A stretch of DNA of 63,828 nucleotides, counting the filler, from Choristocarpus tenellus KU-1152 (lineage: Eukaryota > Protista > Phaeophyceae): NCBI GenBank assembly GCA_964200185.2. It is 13 parts of 13 records of this genome, joined end to end, with 100 filler letters (N's around TTAATTAATTAA, not from the genome) between each part and the next. Parts side by side here need not be neighbours in the genome. Positions count along the whole stretch, not along the records: positions 42,514 to 49,093 come from CAXNAD020007828.1; positions 49,194 to 53,025 come from CAXNAD020017682.1; positions 53,126 to 57,931 come from CAXNAD020012988.1; 10 more parts are not named here. One strand, given 5' to 3'. Shown here in pieces: positions 43,279 through 56,033 of this stretch; the stretch's first letter is position 1, and the number at the start of each line of letters is the position of its first letter. A program made the translations under genes and the position numbers. A model generated the notes under the pieces. The model had not been told where the DNA came from, did no database searches, and was given only the letters and a program-made list of their open reading frames with translations.

Positions 43279-43534
43279 GAGTCAAAGTATCTTAGAGGGT
43301 AGAGCCGCGTCCATTTGGGGTCAAAATCCAATGTTGCTATTTTGATATAATTTTGACTATAATGTTTGTTAGGAAGTATCAATATCTATGTTTCGGACTC
43401 ACCTTTCATAGTGTATATATTTTACCTACTCCTAAACATTTTGGAGTAGGAAAATGTCATAAGAAAAACGCGGGAAGCCAAGCCCCAAATGGACAAAAAG
43501 GCCAAAACTCGTACCCTCTAAGATACTTTCACTC
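43279..43534. mobile_element. MITE family A
   Basis: Family A TIRs; 3-bp TSD AGA. Confidence 0.93.
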
Positions 43535-43730
43535 AGACGGAAACGTCTTTTTGCCAGCACAATTAATTCACAACTTTATGATGTTACCAACTATTCCCCA
43601 TTAGCATTAAATAATTCTAAATGGACCATCAGGACTTTATCGGGTATTGGGTTGGGTAACTCTAGAATATAACACCATATTGTATATTGCATAGTTGCGG
43701 CAATGAAAAAAGTTACACTGACGGGCAGTT

Positions 43731-44358
43731 GGACATGGATTGGTACAATACCTTTTGGACATGGTCTGGACTTGTTAAATTAATCTGGGGCCAATCCAGA
43801 CATGGATCTGAACTGATAAAATTCCTAATGGACATGGTCTGGGACATATTAAATAAACCTGGGACCAATCCGGACATTGATTTGAGCTGGTTCAATACCT
43901 TTAGGACATAGAGTGGGACATGTTTAATATATCTGGGACCACTCCGGACATGGATTTGAACTGGTTCAGTACCTTGTGGACATGGACAGTGACATGTAAA
44001 ATAAATATGGGAGTGAAAGCATTTTAGAGGGTACGAGGTTTGCCCTGTTTGTCCATTTGGGGCTTGGCTTCCCGTGCCTTTTTTAATGACATTTTCCTAC
44101 TCCAAAATTTTTCGGAAAAGGTAAAATGTATACATCATGAAAAGGTGTGTCTGGAACAAGGATATTGACACTTCAAAATTAAAATGATAGCCAAAATTAT
44201 TAAAAATCGCGACATTAGAGTTTGGTCCCCAAATGGACGCGGCTGTACCCTCTAAGATACTTTGGCTCATGGGACCAATCCAGACACGGTTTTAGACTGA
44301 TAAAATTCCTGATGGATATGGACTGGGACCTTGTTCAAAAATTACAGGACCACTCCGG
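43731..44358. repeat. Degenerate ~74-bp tandem repeat (~5 copies) interrupted by a MITE
   Basis: Approximate unit GGACATGGATTTGAACTGGTTCAATACCTTTTGGACATGGTCTGGGACATGTTAAATAAATCTGGGACCAATCC. Confidence 0.85.
44011..44268. mobile_element. MITE family A inserted in the tandem repeat
   Basis: 4-bp TSD ATGG; removal restores the repeat unit. Confidence 0.94.
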
Positions 44359-45015
44359 CTGGTGGATGGGACATTTTTCATTTGCTGGTCCAGTGAAAAA
44401 CTCTGTATTTGTGCAGCTGTATTGTTGAGGTGAAAACTGACTTCGGGGATATTTTAAAATATCATGGAGTAGTGTAACATCAAACCACATCTATTCAAAT
44501 ACCAATCAATCCCTGCAGCTACCAAGAACCTCTGAGAGGTCACAGAAAGAGACAAAGGAGCATGCAGTGTAGTCTTCACATTTGAACAGAATAGTTTCGA
44601 ACGAATTTACACACTTGGTGGCATTACTGTTGGGATATACTTGGTTTGCCAGAAGCAAGCTTATACCAGCCTGGACAGGCAAGAGATGATGGCAACGAAG
44701 TCCAGGTTGACGGAATATTAGCATGACTTGGAGACAAAGCAACAACTCTTCAACCTTGATAATCTTCATAGCATACCCCAGTTCAACACAACACACAGGG
44801 AGAAATGATACGGTAGGTGGCGCCATTATCATTGGGACATATTCACAATGAAATCACGTTACTTGGACAGAACATTCCCACCAGAAAATGGGATATTCCC
44901 CGCCAGAAATATGACTCCTTGCATGCGGAAAGAAAAAATAATAGAAGGTTCTTCTTAGGGACCATTTCACAAAAGAACCCAAAAAGAAGGTTGATTGACT
45001 GCAATCACCACACAC

Positions 45016-45194
45016 CTCTGGGGACAGTTTGGCAGAGTCGAAGCCCATGAGAAGGACCTTGAAAACACCATTCTGGTTGGCAACGGGGCTAATCAGGATG
45101 TTTGAGAGGCTGAGCCTCGTGTGGGCAACGCCTCTCTCATGGATCCTTAGCACATGATTGATCACCTTTTTGTGCCAGGCAACAATAGGTCAGG

Positions 45195-45226
<32 letters not shown>

Positions 45227-46837
45227 AGGGTGGAACAGGAGGTTTTACACGGGTTGGTTCCAAGAAATCACTGTAGACATGGCATGTGATATGCTGACGG
45301 AATTATCACTCAAGAAAAAAACTGATCAGATTTTATGAGCCTCATGACTGAGTGTGTCCAACTATTGCACCTACTCTAAGATAGATTAGCTGGGTCACAC
45401 ACTCTTCTAAGGCAACCCACAACGACCCAGATAGTATGATATGACCTCGATCGGGTGCATGTATTGTGGAAGCTAAGCACGGGATGTACAAACACAACGG
45501 TATTCTCACCTGGAAAAAGATCAACTCGAGCTCCATGGATGGTCCACTTCCCGCAAGACCTTGGAAGTGACAGAGGAGATGCATGTCCATTTTGCTGCGT
45601 GTCAAACATGGATTGTGGCAGAGTCAAAGAAGGTTGGTTAGACATGGCCAGAAATAATGTCCAAATGCAGATGTGCTAGATGATATATTCATCTGCACCC
45701 GTACAAGTGACAATGTGGTGAAGGGGGTGGTCGTTTCACAATAATCCCCCACCTTTCTGGATCATTGTGTCTGGGAAAAGAAGATCAACATCAAAATCAA
45801 TTTGATCCAGAAATACATGGTCTGAACAAAAAGAGTGGGTTGTTTTCATCCCACAATAACTCTTCATCCCTCTTGTCACAGTTAACTAACTCTAGAATTT
45901 TACAGCCCACCACATTTTCCCTGTCGCAGTCAATAATGGACAGTACACTGCACCAGGGGGTTCTGCCTCCGGTTGCTTAGAAAGCTCAAACCATCTCTTT
46001 AAGGTGCACCTAAATTTCGAGCAAAATATTGCTTTACATGTACTGCAGCAGCAACCCTTGCAGCAACAAAAAAATGCTATATGCAGAGGATTTCTTCACA
46101 AACCACAGGTGTCATCTGGCATGCAAGTTCTCATCGCATGAAGCAAGTCCTAACTGGAACACCCCCATAACAGGGAGTGGGAATACTCATATCATATTCC
46201 CAAACGCCTTGAGCCCTCAGTACCGACAAGATTTTGACAAAGAATTTTAAGCTACGGTCTTGGCTTTGGCAAAATACATGCCCAGAGAATGGACTCTAAT
46301 GTACGGGGACTCACCGTCCTCCCCTGACCATGAGTATGGCACTCCTAGAGTCGTTCTGGTCGCCGTTCGTCCAGCCCAGCATGGCTGGCGCAATGTTGCA
46401 GCCACCCAGCCTGCTCAGGGCCTTCACCTCACCTTCCACGCCATTGCCAAATCCATCCGCAATCTTCAATACCTGCCAGTTGACATTGGACTAAGTGAGA
46501 AGCGTCGATTGAGTTGAGGATGATAGGAAAATTTTTCGAGCGAGTAGTACGACTACTGTACAGAAGGGTCGGGTAGTACTATGGAAAGGACGGGGGCCTA
46601 CGATACAGCAGAGGGAGGGTCGAGGATTCTAACGCAGTATCCAACCTCTATCCACACCTGGCCTAAGCCTTCCGACACAAACATAGCTCTCCTCGATTCC
46701 CTCTCGAATTCCTTCCATTGGAGCATATCCCCGTTTATTCCACCTTCACCAGAAACGATGGGGATTTTCCTCCCAGAGCCGATGAGGGCGAGAATATTCA
46801 CCGATGGGGGCATCATCGCGTCCTTGTCTACGCTATC
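45016..46837 (-). CDS. Protein-kinase-fold protein lacking catalytic residues (pseudokinase), partial model
   Basis: Phase-compatible GT-AG exons 46837-46658 (..ILALIGSGRK..), 46472-46315 (VLKIADGFGNGVEGEVKALSRL...SAILM), 45594-45510 (..ELELIFFQ) and 45165-45016 (VINHVLRIHERGVAHTRLSLSNILI...KVLLMGFDSAK). Subdomains I-VII in order, no stops. Confidence 0.75.
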
Positions 46838-49208
46838 CTGGCAAGGAGAAGGGGAAAACTGAATCAGCGCCTTGGAATCCTACTCCAACGGTTTCATGTC
46901 TCAAATATGTCCAAAAATCAAGGTTTAGAACTTTCGAGAAGCATTGATATCTTCGCCCCTCACCAATCCCAGCACGCGGTCTCTTCAACCAGTCCAAATC
47001 CAGGTGCTGATCCTAGTCTCTAGCCATCCTCCCTGCTTGTTGAATCTTGGAGGTCAGCCTCTGGAGTTCTGCCGTGTTCCCACGCGTCGGATACTTATCC
47101 AGTGTCGTTCACGATACGGTCAAGGGGAAGGGCAAAACTCTTCGCGAGATCCTGTAGATGTCTACTTGGATATCTATTTGATATTGTCATGACATCAGAC
47201 ATGTTTTGGTTTGAACAAAAGTTGGAACCGTAAATGGATCGAAAAATGTATCTCCACTGGAGGCGCAAACAGGACCAAACAAAAAAAAATGTAGTATAAA
47301 CGTAGTGATACTAGTAGAATGTCCTTGCCGTTGGCACATCATAACTAGTAATGTAGACATCGGATTTTATTTTAAATGGATACTCGTGATGCCCTTCACA
47401 AGGTGTTCAACTTTTTTTAAAGAAAAAGCGTTCATACTGGATCGTAGGTCCCCATGAGGGGTAACAGATCTACTATTACCTGATTAAAATATACCAACGA
47501 TGCAGCGGTACCACTTCGTGACGTTCAGGATGTTTTGATGCACTAGTACTTGGTTCAAGTACATTCTACTATTGTAACGGCACAGCTTTGCTAGACAGGT
47601 CCTTGGGAGGAAACCTCATGTTTCTTGAAACAACTCCACGGAAACCGATAATCAACCCTAGTGATCACACTCCAGTTCAGGGTATGAATGTCAGTGACAA
47701 CGGGTGGAAATCATGGGAAATGGTGTGGACATGCCTGGCCTGTCTCTTACACGCACCTGGGAATCCCAGTGGATAACGCTCAGTATCACCACAGCTTCGG
47801 TATCTTCAAGTAATTCATTGGGACTGTTGCAGGGACAGTGTCAAGAGTGATCTTGAAAACTAATAATATCCTTCTGCCACCTGGTCCAGCATATTGTCAA
47901 CCAAGGTGCTAGAACACCAGAGTAAATCTTGAATTGTAAATATATTGTTTTGTATGCACATGTGGAAATACTTGGATAATATGAAACGTTTGATGAACGC
48001 TATGCAAACTTTTTGACAGGTAGGCCCAACCTATGTAAATTTCTCTCGAGTTGAGGTTAACTTTTCTACCCCACAAGCCTGAGTTGTCCGATAGGCTCTA
48101 AGAAATACCACCCTTTTATGCCATGGTATGGTCTTCAAGAATAATCAGTTTCGCTTCCAACATCTTGGAATTAATATATATACATATATTAGATAAATGT
48201 ATCTTCTCGATCTCTGGACTCTTACACAACAAATTATCAGGCTTGCAACCAACTAGTACAGAGGACTTTGTTGCAAATACCGGTCCCAAGGAGAGGAGGG
48301 TTAAGATAAAACATCAAAGAAGTCGGAGATCCTTGTAGGTGAACGCCCCGTCATCAGCAAATCAATTCCTTCAGGTGCTTTAGGGCAGCAGCAGCCTTTC
48401 TTTTATGTCTAGCCATTTGATCAGTGGCTCTTACATTAGGGATCCCCAACTTGTTCTTCTCCCTATATCCCTCTATAGGCTGCAATCATATTTGCACATT
48501 CAGATATCTAGTCGGTTCATGCCAAACATTACTGTCCAGTGAATATCTGTGAAAGCAAAGCCGTTACATGAAAGTTCAAGTGCTTTTCTTTCATGCTAAT
48601 CTCACTTGTGGTCAACAGTGCCCTCTACCACATATGTATGACCCAAGAGGTGGCCGTGTCTTTGACTACTGATCAAGATCTGGTTCGGGCACCACCCTCC
48701 CTGAAAAATGTGTATTAAGGGCACCCATATCAGGCTCAGCAACTACAACTTTCTGAGGTTTTAGTCTTACAACATGAACTATCACAACTCACCAGTCTTC
48801 GAAGCGTCTTGCACAATGTATACAGCACATGTTACACGTACCTTCACTTCCTAAGATCCTCTCCATGGAGATAGACGTTTGGGGTTCAATGCATCAGCTG
48901 AAGGATATGGTTTGTGAAGCCACACTTCATTAGCTGGCTTAAAGACTGGGAGTCTATGGCTTACATTGTAAGATACTCTTCTCAATGCCACCTCACCATT
49001 ATTTCACCAGGAAAGATCGTTTGCTAGCTGTAAAGGTTCAAAGTAATTGGTGGTGGTGGTGGGGGGGGGGGGGGGAACACCCGGGGGTCCTTTNNNNNNN
49101 NNNNNNNNNNNNNNNNNNNNNNNNNNNNNNNNNNNNNTTAATTAATTAANNNNNNNNNNNNNNNNNNNNNNNNNNNNNNNNNNNNNNNNNNNNCCTTTTT
49201 GTATTCCT

Positions 49209-49245
<37 letters not shown>

Positions 49246-49281
49246 ACCCATCCACACCTCAACACCCCGTGGTCCCAACAG

Positions 49282-49706
49282 CTCCAGCGCGTGGAGGCTG
49301 AGGCTTTAGAAGCTCGAAAGACGCTCGATTCGCAGACCGAGCACCACAAGATGCAGGCTAGGTACAACGATGAGCTGGAGCGGAGACGGCACGTTGACCA
49401 GGCATGAATCACTCAAGTTTTTATTGTTTTATTTTACAAGAAATGATACCCAATCAGATCGTGCCTGCTCAAGCGTGCGCATGCGCGCGCGCGTGAACAC
49501 ACATGCACATAATACTGGTAGAGAGAAGTCTCGCGTGCTAGTTTTATTTTTTATATTGTAATTATTGTGCTTTTGTTCCAAGTCCACCCCGCAAGAAATT
49601 TCCTCTTGTTGCGAATCACTCCACTGCCAAGATTTGATTCTTTTCTGATCGAGAAAACAGCTCCGGAAGCATTGATCTCTCAGCTTCAACCCTTTGACCC
49701 CTCCTT

Positions 49707-49758
<52 letters not shown>

Positions 49759-49823
49759 TTCGTCTTTTTTTTTTTTTGAAAAAAAAAACCCCCCCCAACC
49801 CTTTTCTCTCCCCCCCCCCCCCT

Positions 49824-49857
<34 letters not shown>

Positions 49858-51206
49858 TGCCTACCAACCCTCCACTCTCTTGAAATGTTGTTTGTGTCAG
49901 TGTCTAATTCCATTGCTCCTTTCTAGATGACAACCAAGGGGGGGGGGTGGGTTTCAATTGGCGTGATTGTGTCACTGTGTCTGTATATTAACGGATCTGT
50001 TCTGTGCATTGATGGGGGGGGGCAGAAAGGGTTAAAAGAAGAAAAAAGTAGTACAAACGCCTTCGTATATGCATTAGGACCTTCCCTTCCTTAGGACCTT
50101 CAAGAGCGCAGAAATTGTTTGTTTGTTTTTCTAGGAGGTCATCGTCAGTGAGAGGGATGATTCCACTTGCAGGTAGCAGTTCTCCCTGTGTCTGGGGCTC
50201 TCACGAAGTTTTTTTTACATCTACGTATGCGTGTACGTCTACATACGTGTGTATGTCTATGTGTTATTTGCACATAGATACGGTGCGTGCTTTTTTGTGC
50301 TCACTAACTCGGTAGGCGTTTTAATCGTTGGCGTGCGTCGGTATGGATGTCCCCCCGACGATGATGATTGATTGATTGATGGATTGTTTTTTTTACTTTT
50401 TTTGTTATCATTGACTTGGTGTGATCTAGGTTTGAGAGCGTGGACTTTGGGTTATAGACTAGACTAGACTAGACTAGACTAGACTAGACCGCTCCTCCTC
50501 CTCCGTTCCCCACGCCGCGTTTGTACGTGTGGATTCCTCTTGGACCACCCCCGGCCTCGAGGTAACGAATCAACACACAGGCTCGCTTCGAGAGATGCAA
50601 TGGATTTGGATTTGAACCTGATCTTAAAAAACGAACTTTACGCCCATTTTTTTTTTTGTCATTTTTATGAGGAGAATATCCCACATACGATTACCGTATT
50701 TCACATCTCCGGATATATAAATATAAATAAATATATATATATATATATATAAATGTTTTCAGGAACAGTACTTGAACTCGTGAATTAGGATGAATTAGGA
50801 TAGTTCAACATTGTATGGCTTTTTTTGCAGTGCCTTGGTAAGAGTTTTTGATAAGTCTATGCCTCCGCGAGTCATTCCGGGCATTGCTTCTTTTACACCA
50901 GTAAGGTTAGGGATTTACTCTGCTGGGGGGGTTGTTGAGAATCGATCCGGGAATGGCGCTCGACTCTTTTGTTTCCATCCCTGTTGGGTGAGAGTGTGAC
51001 TGAGCGGCGTCGGTTGCCCTTGGACGGAAACAAAAAATCAGGTGAACGCTAGTCAGTACCTCAGGCAGGAGGAGATGAAGAAGCAAGAGGAGTTGGTAAA
51101 GAGGCAGGAGGCGATACGAAGGAAGACCCTGGAGTATGAGGCGGAGCTCAGGCAGCAGACCGAGCTTACCAGGGTCCAGGCAGAGACGGAGGGGAAGATC
51201 CGACAG
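49282..51206 (+). CDS. ATAD3: ATPase family AAA domain-containing protein 3, N-terminal coiled-coil exons (partial)
   Basis: 49282-49401 LQRVEAEALEARKTLDSQTEHHKMQARYNDELERRRHVDQ and 51042-51206 VNASQYLRQEEMKKQEELVKRQEAIRRKTLEYEAELRQQTELTRVQAETEGKIRQ; collinear with the ATAD3 DUF3523 region as I recall it. Confidence 0.88.
50455..50489. repeat. (TAGAC)n pentanucleotide microsatellite
   Basis: About 7 tandem copies. Confidence 0.95.
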
Positions 51207-51757
51207 GTATGTTTTTTGTGCGTCTGTGTAAGAGTAGAGTTTGTAAAGAGTATGTGGGCGTATGAGGTGTGCAACGTGATGACGTTCGTAAAAATAAAAA
51301 GTGAAGTGTAGTGAGTCAAGCGTGGTCTTGGAAGGCGCAGTGACCATTGGGGTGGCGTTGGTGTGTTTGCTGTACATACCTCAAGGGTTTAGGGGTTAGG
51401 GTTAGGGTGCTCAGTTGCGTGTAAGTGCGGCAATGTCCATCTTTTGGACCAATGCTCTGGAGTAGGTAAAAAAAAACATGATATTGATAATATTAATAAC
51501 ATTAATACTACTAATAATAATAATATTATTAAGAGATGAAGTTTGTTCTTCTGTCTCTCTTTGTCCCACTGTAGAGGGGGGGGTAGACACATTGATTGTG
51601 TATGGGGTTTTTTGTATATATATATATTTTTTTATATATACTTCCTGAAATGTTTTTCTCGCGGCAAGACTTTTTTTTTCTTAATGGTGTGTAGTCGGTT
51701 CTTCTTCAAGTTGACTCAAAAAATTTCCTTTAGACCTCTTGTGCTTGTGTGTGTCTC

Positions 51758-51789
<32 letters not shown>

Positions 51790-52359
51790 TCTTTCCGTGT
51801 CCATCTTGAAGGAGCAAGTAAGAATGTAGTTGGGTTTATACGTGTATATATATATATATATATATGCTTTTGGTGTATGTCCTATCCTATGTGTCCTAAT
51901 ATGCCTTGCTAGGGGTAACATCTTGCTAAGGTATGGGTTTTATTTTTGGTGGATATGTAAGGTGCTTTTTTCTGTGTGTGTGTGTGTATCTCAAGAGATA
52001 CAGGTTCATAATTGTAGGTCTTCTTGATCTCGTTTGGATATCCTGTTTTTGGGTACTCTTCTCTGTGCTGGCATGTTTCTCACTAACTATTTGGGGGGGG
52101 TGAAGGTTTTCTTTCTACAATAGTATATTTTGATAATACTTTCTATCTTAGTATATTCTATAGTACTTTCTACAGTAGCATTTTTTAATAGTACTCCGCA
52201 CCACAGAGAATTTTCTTTGTGATGCGGAAGTACTTTCAGGGTATCAATGGGTATCAATAGAAAGTATCGGGAGTATCATGTGCACGTGTGAAATTATATT
52301 TTTGTCTGCACGGGAGGTACATGTGAAATTGGTTTTATTTTTTGTCTCGAAAAGAAGAG

Positions 52360-52545
52360 GAATAACATTCATCATACCCCTCACTGAATACCAACTGAAT
52401 AACATTCATCATACCCCTCACTGTCTACCAACTGAATAACATTCATCATACCCCTCACTGAATACCAACTGAATAACATTCATCATACCCCTCACTGAAT
52501 ACCAACTGTATAACATTCATCATACCCCTCACTGAATACCAACTG
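52360..52545. repeat. 37-bp minisatellite, 5 near-perfect copies
   Basis: GAATAACATTCATCATACCCCTCACTGAATACCAACT repeated with no unique spacers. Confidence 0.95.
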
Positions 52546-53147
52546 AGAAATAAAAACATTGAAATCTCTGAGGGGGGGAGAGGAGAGAGGTTAAAAGACT
52601 TCACACAAACAAATCAACATATTGATGAGGTGTTACTTTCATACCTCTCTTTTTTGTATTGTTGTCTCTAGTTCATCTAGGAATGATCCACTCCTATGGT
52701 TTGAGGAAAGAAGCCATTCCTTGCCTTTTACTGTCCCCCTTTACTCCTTACTCCTTACTCCTTACTACTACTACTGTGATATATCGTGGGTGGGTGTTCC
52801 TCCCTCCCTGCCTGTCTTCAAAACAAAAACTAGAAACATTGCTTCCCTCTTTGTTTTATTTTATTTTTTATGAGAAAGATAAAAGGTTTTGTATGTGTGT
52901 GTGTGCGCGCATTGGTTTATTTGTTTATGTGACAATCGGAGTGAAGGAAGTTTAAAAGTTTTTTAAATGTGTTGTAGTGAAGGTGTGTCTTGTTTGATTA
53001 CAGGGGCAGGGCGCTGTAGGGGGGGNNNNNNNNNNNNNNNNNNNNNNNNNNNNNNNNNNNNNNNNNNNNTTAATTAATTAANNNNNNNNNNNNNNNNNNN
53101 NNNNNNNNNNNNNNNNNNNNNNNNNGGATCTCGTCCTCCACATTGAC

Positions 53148-53327
53148 GACCCAAAGTATCTGGGGGGGGGGGGGAGGTCAACACCAAGGTGTCCATTTGG
53201 ACCATAACTAAGAAAAGTGCACTTACATTATCCACCCAATGTATGCAACCCAACCACACAAAAATCGCTACATGAAAATATTGGCCCCAAATGGACACCC
53301 GCCACCCCCTCCCAGATACTTTGGGTC
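53148..53327. mobile_element. MITE family B
   Basis: GACCCAAAGTATCT...AGATACTTTGGGTC; flanked by TTGAC/TTGAC. Confidence 0.92.
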
Positions 53328-53348
53328 TTGACACATCTGCGCAAATAC

Positions 53349-54100
53349 CTACAGCATGCTGTCCCTGATGCCTAAGATCAGAGCTCCTTTCTTGGCATGA
53401 TCTTGGCTGCCTCCAGCTGCTCGTACTCTTGTCCAGATATGATCGAGGCAAATTACGAAGTCTGCAGTGTCCTCCACTGATGAGCAGTACATTTCGCAAA
53501 ATTTCATCTCTGGAGCTATGAGCTGCATGGGTTGCTGACTCACAGCGCGCCCCCCATAGATCTGCTCTAATTCGAGACAGGCTGCCCTCCTGTCGGGGCT
53601 GCCTCCTCTCGTACGTGTTGACCATACGAGCTGACCACCATAGCTGCAGCACCCCTCATGGTCTGTCCCAGCAGGAACCACAATGCTTCGCGATGCCTGA
53701 CGTATTCATCGTACGCGCAGCGTTCCTCGAATGATGTATCAGCTGTGGGAGGTGCAGGAATGCGGTATGCTGATTGTAGGATGCAGTACAGTCTCTTGCC
53801 GCCCGCATAGCTTACCAGCACCATCCGCCATTCTGCCCACTTCTCCCGTATATGCCCCCGCGCTCCACTCCATAGTGGCAGCATACGGGAGTCCGCTTAT
53901 ATACAACCAATGAGGCTTATACCCTATTCCCTTGCGAAGGGGAATCGTGTGAGGCTCATAACCTATGCAAAAAGAAAGCTATTCAATAGAATATTTACTT
54001 TATGTTGCATGGATGTATTTATTAGCGGAGTGAGCACTATCCCTTGAGGTAGGGGGTCCTCTCTCTTATTATCTTATTGCACACGTCAGCTGACACATCA
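53349..54100 (-). mobile_element. Ty1/copia relic: putative 5' LTR, PBS and frameshifted gag
   Basis: Gag-like WAEWRMVLVSYA...LWFLLGQTMRGAAAMVV...LEQIYGG...FVICLDHIW; PBS GGTTATGAGCC; candidate LTR 54100-53966 (TG...CA, contains AATAAA). Confidence 0.72.
53953..53963 (-). promoter_or_regulatory. Primer-binding site, half-tRNA-Met type
   Basis: GGTTATGAGCC 2 nt downstream of an LTR-terminal CA and upstream of gag. Confidence 0.7.
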
Positions 54101-54495
54101 AAATTTGTCCTGCCGTTGGTCGTACTTTGTCACTTATCCTGTGTAACTAGTACTACGTCAGTAATCCTCCATCAATCCATTTATATCAAGTAATAAGAAA
54201 TCAATCATCTGATATTCGAATTTATTACTCTAAGCACACGAAAACAAGTCAATGACACTTGTTCCACTTAGTCAACATTCCTGTTGTCTAGTAGTGGTCG
54301 CTAAACAGGTAGAAACCATACAGACTACCAGCCTGTATTATATCGTTGCCCTAACTCCCATATCACATTATTATGTTAATGTACATAAGAAGCCACTCTC
54401 CCCTGTAGCCAACTCTCATCACTAACCGCACCACTTCACCATTCATGTTATCTGTTTTTTTTCTAAGGAAGAAAGGATCCCCCACTAACCACACC

Positions 54496-54657
54496 CATTC
54501 GGGAATAAATAAATTAATCAAGTTTCGCTTCTCAACTATCTCTAATTTTCATCAAACGTCGGCCGACATATTTTGAGAAAAAATCCCCACCGAACACATG
54601 CATTCGGAAGTAAACAAATTTATCAAGTTTCGCTTCTCAAATATTCATAATTTTCAG
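54496..54657. repeat. ~56-bp direct repeat, 2 copies ~105 bp apart
   Basis: CATTCGG..TAAA.AAATT.ATCAAGTTTCGCTTCTCAA..AT....TAATTTTCA at 54496 and 54601. Confidence 0.8.
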
Positions 54658-55179
54658 ATGCTGTCGTTCCAAATTCTGTCGACAAAATGGAAAGCCCTTC
54701 AAATTACCTCTCATCCGCTTTTCACGTTTAATGTAAGACAGGCATTCTTTTAATGGTGTAAATCATTCTATCCGCACACACGCATCATCTTTGACAGACT
54801 ACTTAATAGCCTGCTCGTTCGCTAAACACCTGTGACATCGCTTGTTTCATTTTCATCCCTACCTCACCGCCTTCAACACTCAACCATGCGAAACATATCA
54901 GCTTCATACTTTCGTTACTGACCTCTATTCCTAATACCTCATTTCGTTCGATGCCACGTTTTCCAAAATCCTACACTGCTTCAAGGACCACGAGCGAATC
55001 TGCAAAGAAATAGATGAACCAGAGAACCGCAGAAATTGGTTGCATTTACCTACAAGCAATCCAAGCAATCTACTTGGTCAGCACTGGATTTCTATCGCAG
55101 GAATTTAACGCAAATCTGCTGGACAAGGATAGAGTTGTCCAAACAGTTCCCAGCCTTTCTCCGTGTGCTCCCGTTGGAA

Positions 55180-55955
55180 GAACACAGACGAGATAAAGGA
55201 GTACATGAAGGAGTAAGGGTTTCCGGCCGACCTTTTCATAAATGCTCTTTGCAAGAGGTACATAATGGGTGGATTCGTGATTAAGGACAAGACGGGGACA
55301 AAGAGGAACCCAAAGGACTGCAACAACATCTTTTATTGCCTTAATGAGCAGCACCGAGTAATGCTGCTCAGGATACTCAAGACCACACAGCAGGAGAACA
55401 TTCTGCCGATCAATATCAAGGTTCCCGTGGGTTCATCGACAAGGATTGGGCCTCGGGAGTAAACCACCATCTGCAATGCCGCTGTAACCACCTTGTATGG
55501 AAAATATTTCCGCAAAGCAACAGGGAGAAGGCGGAATCCATCTCTATCGGACAAGGCGTGGCTTCGAGCAGATCCCACGTCCCCAACGTGGTGGATATCT
55601 TCCCCAGGATGGTGTCATGGTTGCGGGCCATGAAGGACTTCCGGAGAGAATTCGGAAGGGTTGAGGCCCTCCCATGCACTCCGCCGGACCTGACCGACGA
55701 CAGCAAGAAGAAGAGGCGCAAGGCACTGGTCAGGTTGTGTAACCAGTACTCTCTAGGAAAGATCGACTTCAGGAATAGCGACGCCGCGTTCAAGGTAGCA
55801 GTGAGGAAAACTGTACCTGCCAAGAAAATGACATTTTTGAAGGAGGCTTGGGTCGATATGAACTTGGAGAGTGGTCTCAATAGGGCCAGTCCTGGCACAG
55901 TAGCTCAATTCTACAATGCCATCGCATATCTGGCGCAGTTTTGGGCAGATGAAGG
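55180..55955 (+). pseudogene. Disrupted coding sequence of unknown function
   Basis: Long coding-like stretch with two in-frame stops and a frameshift, ending at a GT donor after LAQFWADE; further exon-like remnants at ~56640-57030 and ~57670-57890. Confidence 0.5.
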
Positions 55956-56033
55956 TAAAACTACAACCATTAATTCTCAAGTGTTTCTTCATGTCATGAC
56001 ATATCAATTATTTCTCTTTTGTATTATGGTCGA

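Noticed and set aside
43731-44358. GGACATGG-rich repeats as a repeat-spacer array
   Set aside because: The intervening segments are homologous to each other, so this is a degenerate satellite.
49567-49930. Poly-Pro and poly-Gly ORFs
   Set aside because: Homopolymer C tracts in the ATAD3 intron, probably low-quality sequence.
52360-52545. 37-bp repeats as a CRISPR array
   Set aside because: Copies are directly adjacent with no unique spacers; eukaryotic context and no cas genes.
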